DNA from: Octopus sinensis
Taxonomy: Eukaryota
DNA length: 27,203 nucleotides
Assembly (NCBI RefSeq): GCF_006345805.1
Contig: NW_021836395.1
Location: 1 to 27,203, forward strand
Direction of reading: 5' to 3'
Of the stretch, positions 19,960 to 27,203 are shown in pieces. The position numbers and the translations under genes were made by a program. Position 1 is the stretch's first letter; each line of letters starts with the position of its first letter. A model generated the notes under the pieces. That model was given only the letters and a program-made list of their open reading frames with translations. It made no database searches and was not told the DNA's origin.

Positions 19960-20682
19960 TATACACACACTCACACGCATGCATACATACATACATACAT
20001 ACATACATACATACATACATACATACACACATATACACATATACACACCCATACTCCCATATATATATATTTATGTATGTGTATGTATTATGTACCTGTA
20101 TATGTGAGTGTATGTATGTATGTATGTATGTATGTATGTATGTATGTATGTATGTATGTAGGTATGCATGTATGCATGTATGCATGTATGCATGTATTAT
20201 GTATGTGTCTATGTTTGTATGCAAGTATATAAATATGTATGCATGTGTGCTTTATGTATGTATGTAGGTATGTATGCATGTATGTATGCATGTATGCATG
20301 TATATATGTATGCATGTATGTATGTCTGTATGTATGTATGTATTATGTATGTGTGTATTATGTACGTATGTATGTATGTATATATATATATGTATATGTA
20401 TGTGCATGCATGTATGTATATATGTATATATGTATGTATTTATGTATGTATGTATGTATGTATACATGTATGTACATATATGTATATGTATGTATATGTA
20501 TGTGTATGCATGCGTATATATATGTATCTAATTATATGTATGTGTATGCATAAGGAACTCTATCACTCTTAAAAAAATATCTTTTGATAAGCATAACAAA
20601 TGCGCAACGGTAAAAAGAACTTTCACCTAATTAAATACACTCTCCCTTACTTAAATTATTTTGTCAGCATTTTCTTCATTTC

Positions 20683-20755
<73 letters not shown>

Positions 20756-20880
20756 TATGTATGTATGTATGCAGGTATGTATGTATCTGTATGTGTATAA
20801 ATTTATGTCTGTATCTATATATGTATGTATGTATTTGCATGTATGCGTATATATAACGTACGTGCATACATGTACATGAT
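19960..20880. repeat. (CATA)n switching to (TATG)n, then (TA)n
   Basis: Read directly from the sequence. Confidence 0.9.
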
Positions 20881-21634
20881 GTATGTATTGCAACCTTTAG
20901 ACAGGGCACAGAAAAGCAGCACTCACCAAATGGCAGCGCGAAAGAAAATGAAAATAACTTTGGTCTCGTTGTAAACAAGAGAAAATACAAAATGAGAGAG
21001 AGAAAATTTAGGATTGGTACATGCAGTGACAATAAGGAATAACATCAGCAGGGTGCAAGCCAGAAAGGGGAGTAAAAGAGGAAGAGAGTAAGGATGAAAG
21101 AGAACAGGTAACACAAATACCCGTAAATACGCCCATACCTTCACTGAAAAAAACTGAAAATAAAATGTAGCTTGTTAAAACGTTAGATGCTTGCTTTTAC
21201 GGAGAGATTTATCGCTGGATACGGGTGTGGTCAGACAAGGACTTCAGAATAGTAAGATAGGAGTTGTGGGGGAGATTGCAGCAGGGGATAGGATAGGGTA
21301 AGGGGGGAGAATTGAAACGCTGGGTGTTGGGGTAGCGGCAAACTTGTAAGAGATGGATGAGATGAAAGCGTTCTGAAGGAATACGTTCTTGAGTGTGGAT
21401 GGCCATGTGGTTGTGAAATACAAGAGAGATAAGGAAGAGAAAATTTCAGATTATATGTTTTGTGGGAGCGAGAAATGTGTTGCTCGTTCACACGTATAAT
21501 GCACACACGTGCATGCATACACGTGCACGAACCCAATATGCCTTTCATAAAGAACAAATGATGGATACATTTCGACCTGGGCAACATAAAATATTCTGCT
21601 GGAATGGATGCACGTAAACATGAACGTGCGCAGA

Positions 21635-22213
21635 CATACATACATACATACATACATACATACATACATACATACATACATACATGCATGCATACATACA
21701 TACATCCATCCTTCCATACATACATACATACATACATACATACATACATGCATGCATACATACATACATACATACATACATGCATACATACATACATACA
21801 TACATACATGCATACATACATACATACATACATACATACATACATGCATACATACATACATACATACATACATGCATACATACATACATACATACATACA
21901 TACATACATACATACATACATGCATACATACATACATACATACATACATGCATACACATACATACATACATACATACATACATACATACATACATACATG
22001 CATACATACATACATACATACATACATGCATACATACATACATACATACATACATACATACATGCATACATACATACATACATGCATACATACATACATA
22101 CATACATACATACATACATACATACATACATACATACATACATACATACATACATGCATGCATACATACATGCATAAGCAGCTAGATAAACATACATATG
22201 TTACCTCTCTCTC

Positions 22214-22270
<57 letters not shown>

Positions 22271-22376
22271 TTATTTATTTATCTATCTATCTGTCTGTCT
22301 ATCTGTCTGTCTATCTATCTATTTATCTATCTATCTTTCTGTTTATCTACCTATCTATAACTAACTATATATATAC

Positions 22377-22428
<52 letters not shown>
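21635..22428. repeat. Long (CATA)n array with TGCA variants, then (CTAT)n, (TA)n and (TG)n
   Basis: Read directly from the sequence. Confidence 0.93.
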
Positions 22429-22432
<4 letters not shown>

Positions 22433-22973
22433 GGTGCAGTTAACCGCACGTAGAAACATTATAATAAGGCAGAATGCTAAATTGAAAGTAAATTTTAATA
22501 AAAATGGGTGTATGAAAAATTAAAGACGAAAAAATAATAAATCAAACCAGCTTTCATTGCAAGGCAAATTTTCAAGATTTGGAAGGGGAAAAATGTTTTT
22601 TTTTTAAATTGAGGAAGCGGAAAAGGAAATTTACAATGTTTTTCAAAAAGATAACAATACATATATACAAAAATTAATAAATAAGTTTACCAATACATTG
22701 TAGAGTCTTTATGCTTTCAGAGTTCAATAATAGTCGTTGGAAAAACTTCTTTGGAGGATTAGAATGCTTGTGTTTAAATGTAGTGTTTAGTTTAAAAGAG
22801 TTGGGTGAATGTGTGTCAAAACAAGAAATTGGGTAGGAGTTATCCAGTTCCTGTGAGTAAGGGGAAACAATTCTGTGGATTTTATGCTCTTTAATTGGAA
22901 TGATGGGTTTTTTGTCAAACAGGATGCTTATATCAATTTTTTGTCAGATAGGATGCTAGAAAAATGAGTGTGG

Positions 22974-23402
22974 TCACCGTGGAGTTTGCATATTAAGGCG
23001 TGTTTGGAATTTTTCAATAAAAAGATTCTCCTTGTTGATTCTTTCTTGTGTAGAGATTCTGTCTTTACATTGGTAGAAAGGGAATATGTAAAATTTGGGA
23101 TTTTTATCTCTAGCGCAAGAGTCTATGTGGTTACTTAGTGGAATTTGACGGTATTGTGGGAGATTTATCTGTTCTTTATGGACTGCTACTCTTCTGTGTA
23201 AAGGAAGGCTCGTTTGTCCAACATAATTGTGTTGGCAACCAGCACATGTGAGAACGTAGATGAGGTTCTCGGAGGAACAGGAGAAGTTGGTCTTGATTTT
23301 CAACTTTGTCCCTTGTTTGAAAGTAAATTCAGAGCCTTCAAGTAGGAAGGGACAGGTACCACAGTTAGGGCGTGCACATTTTGTAAAGAGCATAAAATCC
23401 AC
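22974..23402 (-). pseudogene. GIY-YIG endonuclease domain of a second PLE (Neptune-like), 5'-truncated, no RT
   Basis: Open 142-aa frame: CARPNCGTC linker, FSCSSENLIYVLTCAGCQHNYVGQT, RRVAVH, NHI, ERINKENLFIEKFQTRLN. This is a CCHH-type PLE endonuclease. Confidence 0.88.
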
Positions 23403-24740
23403 CCAGGTATGGATGACTCATTCGGTATTCCTTGAAGAAATCTGTCCAGACTCTGTTTAAAGTGGATGGGATCCTTTTCCTCTTTGATTTCTTTGATCTC
23501 AGCACAATGTTCAACAGGGCAGGGCCTGTTGCGGAAAAGAAATTATGTTGCAGTGTACCTATATGCTGTGATCCTGCTTTGGGCAGGGTACGTAAGGCCC
23601 GTGGTCCCAGCCTTGGATGAACCTTGAAACTAATGTTCAGGTCGTTTGGGCAAAGTTGGCGGTATTCTCCACATCGTACAAATGATGTACCGCTCGCAGC
23701 GGCGCTGGAGAGAATAGAGTTTCAAGGCTTTAAGGCGGTCCCAATAATCGAGAGCAAGTCATGCCTTTAATTCGTTTAGTGAGTGCCCTCTGGGGTGATT
23801 CAATCCTCGAGATGTTTTGTCTTGTATGGGGAGACCACAGTGGGCAGCAGTATTCGAGGTGTGGCCTTACAAAGGAGGAGAAAAGTGGTATGATGACACC
23901 TTGTTCTCTGGATCGGAAGGTTTTTAAGATCCAGGAGCTCATCCTACGAGCAATATCGACCTTATTGTTGATGTGAGCTCTCCAACTGAGATTGTCATCA
24001 ACAATTACACCCAGGTCTCTGATATTGTTAGAGGCTGTGAGCGGTTCCCTGAAGGAAGAGAGTATGGCTGTTTTAGTGAGGAATTTCTTCCAAAATGCAT
24101 CAGCTCAAATTTTCCCTCGTTCAGTTGCATTTTGTTTCTGTCTGCCCATTGACTCACAGCATATAGATCAGACTGCAGTTGAGTTCGGTCTGCTTCTTTA
24201 TTGATGATTTGCTGGAGCTTAGTGTCATCAGCAAATATTTTCAGTTTGCAGTAATGTACGACACTGGAAAGGTCGTTTATGCATATTATAAAGAGTAGCG
24301 GGCCGAAGACAGTCCCCTGGGGGACACCGCTGGTGACTTTTGCTGGGCTTGAGTGGACTCCATCGACTACAACATGTGTTCTATTCACCAGGAAATACTT
24401 AATTCAGTGTAGAAGTTTTCCACGGATTCCAACATTTGCCAATTTTGAAAGTAGGACATGATCAACCCTGTCGAACGCTTTACTGAAGTCAAGATATATG
24501 ACATCAGTTCCCAAGGCTTTAAGTATATCTTCAATGTGGTGTAAGAGCTGTGTTAGACTGTCCCTGCCACAGCGAAAGCCATGCTGATTTGCATTTGGGA
24601 GTTTGTGGGTCTCCAGGAAGTCAGCTATCCTTGATCTTAATACTCTTTCAAACACTTTAATGATGTGGGAGGTGAGTGAGATTGGGCGATAGTTGACTGC
24701 GAGGGATCTGTTTCCATATTTGAAAACCGGTATGGCAGAC
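23403..24740 (-). mobile_element. 5'-truncated CR1-group LINE ORF2 (RT domain to C-terminus), frameshifted
   Basis: IPVFK..NYRPISLTS, NQHGFR, DVIYLDFSKAFDRVDH, SGVPQGTVFGPLLF, IFADDTK, VRPHLEYCCPLWSP, FKQSLDRFLQGIP. Confidence 0.92.
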
Positions 24741-24803
24741 TGGAATAGAAGCTGTTTCGGTATATAACCTGAGTCTAATCAATTTGTTACTCTCTATCCT
24801 AGA

Positions 24804-24804
<1 letters not shown>

Positions 24805-24844
<40 letters not shown>

Positions 24845-24857
24845 CTTTATTATTATT

Positions 24858-24903
<46 letters not shown>

Positions 24904-24944
24904 TATTATTATTATTTATTATTATTATTATATTATTATTATTA

Positions 24945-24975
<31 letters not shown>

Positions 24976-24997
24976 TATTATTATTATTATATTATAT

Positions 24998-25035
<38 letters not shown>

Positions 25036-25055
25036 TATTATGATTATTATTATTA
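24805..25055. repeat. (TTA)n with an internal (CAT)n run
   Basis: Read directly from the sequence. Confidence 0.93.
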
Positions 25056-25094
25056 CGCACTAGGGACTTTGACCATTAAATTTTGGGGGGAAAA

Positions 25095-25122
25095 TGCGGA
25101 TTATACTCGAGGATTTACAGTA
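25095..25122. mobile_element. Isolated Tc1/mariner (Tc2-like) terminal inverted repeat
   Basis: The reverse complement TACTGTAAATCCTCGAGTATAATCCGCA resembles recalled Tc2/Kanga-type termini ending at TA. No partner TIR was found. Confidence 0.4.
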
Positions 25123-25124
25123 TC

Positions 25125-25235
25125 TCTTCCGGATGTTAACGTTCTGAGTTCAAATTCCGCCGATGTTGACGCTAAATTTCATTCCTTTCGGGGCCGAAAA
25201 AATAATTATCAGACAGGTATCGGGGTGGATATGAT
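25125..25235 (+). mobile_element. Degenerate headless SINE family A-related body
   Basis: aacgttctgagttcaaattccgccga...tttcattcctttcggggccga. Confidence 0.65.
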
Positions 25236-25320
25236 CGACTTGTCCTTTTTCTTCATTACTGATTTCAAATTTTGGCATAATGCTAGTAATTTCGGTGTAG
25301 ATGCTTGACTGATATTTAGT

Positions 25321-25815
25321 GGAGGCGCATTAGTGGTTAACGTGTTGGACTCATGACCGTAAGATTGTGGTTTCGATTCCAGGACCGGGCGATGCGTTGT
25401 GGTCTTCAGCAAAACACTTCATTTCACGTTGCTCCTGATCACTCAGCTGGCAAAATTGAGTCACCCTGAAACAGACCGACATCTTGTCCAGGTGCAGAAT
25501 GTATTCGCTATGGAAACTGGCCCTTAGGGGTCGGCATGACTCGAGAGAGTAACTTTACCTATTTCTTTACTACCCACAAGTGGCTAAACACAGAGGGGAC
25601 AAACAAGGACTGACAAACGGATTAAGTCGATTATATCGACCCCAGTGCGTAATTGGTACTTAATCTATCGACCCCGAAAGGATGAAAGGCAAAGTCGACC
25701 TCGGGGGAATTTGAACTCAGAACGTAGCGGCAGACGAAATACTGCTAAGCACTTCGACTGGCGTGCTAATATTTTTGCCAGCTTGCCGCCTTCGAGAAAG
25801 TAACTTTACCATTTA
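25321..25815 (+). mobile_element. CORE-like SINE (family C) interrupted near its tail by a family A SINE
   Basis: Head TTAGTGGTTAAC...GGTTTCGATTCC, then CORE-like TTCAGCAAAACACTTCATTTCACGTTGCTC. The tail is duplicated around the insertion. Confidence 0.7.
25560..25791 (-). mobile_element. Full-length SINE family A with a 19-bp TSD
   Basis: TSD tcgagagagtaactttacc at 25541-25559 and tcgagaaagtaactttacc at 25792-25810. Confidence 0.92.
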
Positions 25816-25847
25816 ACTGGTACTTGTGCCAAAATTTTAAATAATTA

Positions 25848-25910
25848 AGGCGGTGCCCCAGCCTGGCCGCAGTCACATGACTGAAACAAGTAAAAGAGTA
25901 AAATAGTAAC
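25848..25910 (+). mobile_element. 3' tail of SINE family B
   Basis: aaggcggtgccccagcctggccgcagtcacatgactgaaacaagtaaaagagtaa. Confidence 0.8.
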
Positions 25911-26056
25911 TTAATTGGGGGAAAAAAGGTATAAAAAATAACGTGAGTTACTTCCCTTGTGAAGAAATCGAAACTAATAAGAGTTACCTCCCTTAAGCTT
26001 TAATCATTTTTGTTTGTTATTTGTTCCCGTCATTGCATTGCGGCCATGCAGGGGCA

Positions 26057-26160
26057 TTAAGTACCAGTCATGCACCGGGGTCGATGCAATCGACTTAATC
26101 CATTTGTCTGTCCTTGTTCGTCCCTTCTATGTTTAGCCCCTTGTGAGTAATAAAGAAATA
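26057..26160 (+). mobile_element. 3' half of SINE family A, fused to an inverted family B tail fragment (26030-26056)
   Basis: ttaagtaccag...ggggtcgatgcaatcgacttaatcc...aaagaaata. Confidence 0.8.
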
Positions 26161-26220
26161 GGTTATGTTGAGATGTGTGGCACTATGCAGTGGCGCTCCG
26201 TTCTGTGACCGTTATTCAGG

Positions 26221-26660
26221 GCATGCGTGTGTGTGTCTGTGTGTGTGTGTGTGCGTGTGTTTGTGTGCACGTAAGTGTATGAGTGTTTGTGCTTGCGTAT
26301 GTGTTTGAGTGTGTGTGTTTGTGTGTGTGTGTATGTTTAAGAGCGTGCGTGTGCAAGCTTGTGTGTGTGTGTCTTTGTGTGTACGTTTTTGAGTATGTGT
26401 GTGTGCGTGTGTGCATGTGTGCGTGTGCGCGCGCGTGTGGTTGTGCGTGTGCGTGTGTCTCTGTGTGTATGTTTGTGTGTATGTATGTGTGCGTCTGTGC
26501 GTGTGTTTGTGTGTGTGTCTTTATATCTATGCATGCATGTGAGAGTGCGTGGTCGCTTATGTCCATGCGATTAAACTTTTACGGTAACAGGAATCGATCG
26601 AATACATTACCGGGCTTCACAAAAAGAAAATAATTACCAAAGGTCGATTTATTCGACTAA
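26221..26660 (+). repeat. (GT)n tract followed by a degenerate SINE family B 3' portion
   Basis: A (GT)n run, then gatcgaatacattaccgggcttcacaaa...ggtcgatttattcgactaaa, which resembles family B. Confidence 0.55.
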
Positions 26661-27203
26661 AAACCCATCAGTGTGTTAAACGAAATGGGCCAACCATTCA
26701 GCACTTCCTTGTTTTGTCTTATTCCAACCGTTTGCCATTCTTCCCGAAATAACATTTCGAAGAACCGGGCGACAGCAGACTCTGGCGATAATATGAATTA
26801 CCTCCCTTAACATCATTTTTTTCTTCTTGTCTCCCCTATGCCGTGTGGTTCCACGGCAACACAAATATATATTTATATATCAACAAATGATTTTATTGTT
26901 CTATATATTTGTTTTCTTTTCTTTCTTCTTTTCGTTGTTTTAGTTTTATTGAAATTATTCGTTTCATTTCGTTTTCTCTCGTTTTGTTTCCGGGTTTTTT
27001 TTTTGTTCCTTTCTTTCGGTGAGCCTAAGACTTTTTTTTTTTTGCATTTCAATTTCATTTCACCTTTTGTAAATCTATTCGTTATTGAAATTCCTCTCTC
27101 AGACACGCAAAAGTATTCGTGTAAAATCGTCCGTTTTTCCGTCCTTGTTTCGTATACATTCGAAGATTTTTCCCAAGGAATCTAATGCACTTAGCTTAGT
27201 TTT

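Noticed and set aside
21200-21430. Possible LINE 3'-end remnant on the minus strand (HPHSRTYSFRT...SLP)
   Set aside because: The similarity is too weak to support by eye.
24741-24790. GG-TTATATA-CC-GAAA-CAGCT on the minus strand, hammerhead-like
   Set aside because: No CUGANGA core and no helix I.

Overview
This is a repeat-saturated eukaryotic non-coding window. The tRNA-derived SINE families and the very high (TA)n/(CA)n/(TACA)n load resemble an octopod cephalopod genome; that assignment is an inference from recalled repeat families. I found no intact host protein-coding gene, and almost all listed ORFs are microsatellite artefacts. The main feature is a ~4.4 kb Penelope-like retroelement (14508-18872, ORF on the minus strand). 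It has an RT with an unusually long insertion between motifs A and B' (telomerase-IFD-like), a C-terminal GIY-YIG endonuclease, and ~480 bp inverted pseudo-LTRs that each carry a variant minimal hammerhead ribozyme. Its ORF disruptions look like single-base indels, so it may be young or intact. Also present: fragments of two other PLE lineages, further hammerhead-like motifs, a 5'-truncated CR1-group LINE abutting a GIY-YIG domain, many SINEs (including 184-bp headless tandem arrays), a MITE with an 8-bp TSD and internal TTAGGG repeats, a non-autonomous Helitron, a 10-bp/121-bp higher-order satellite, and large opposite-polarity trinucleotide tracts. All alignments and folds were done by eye.
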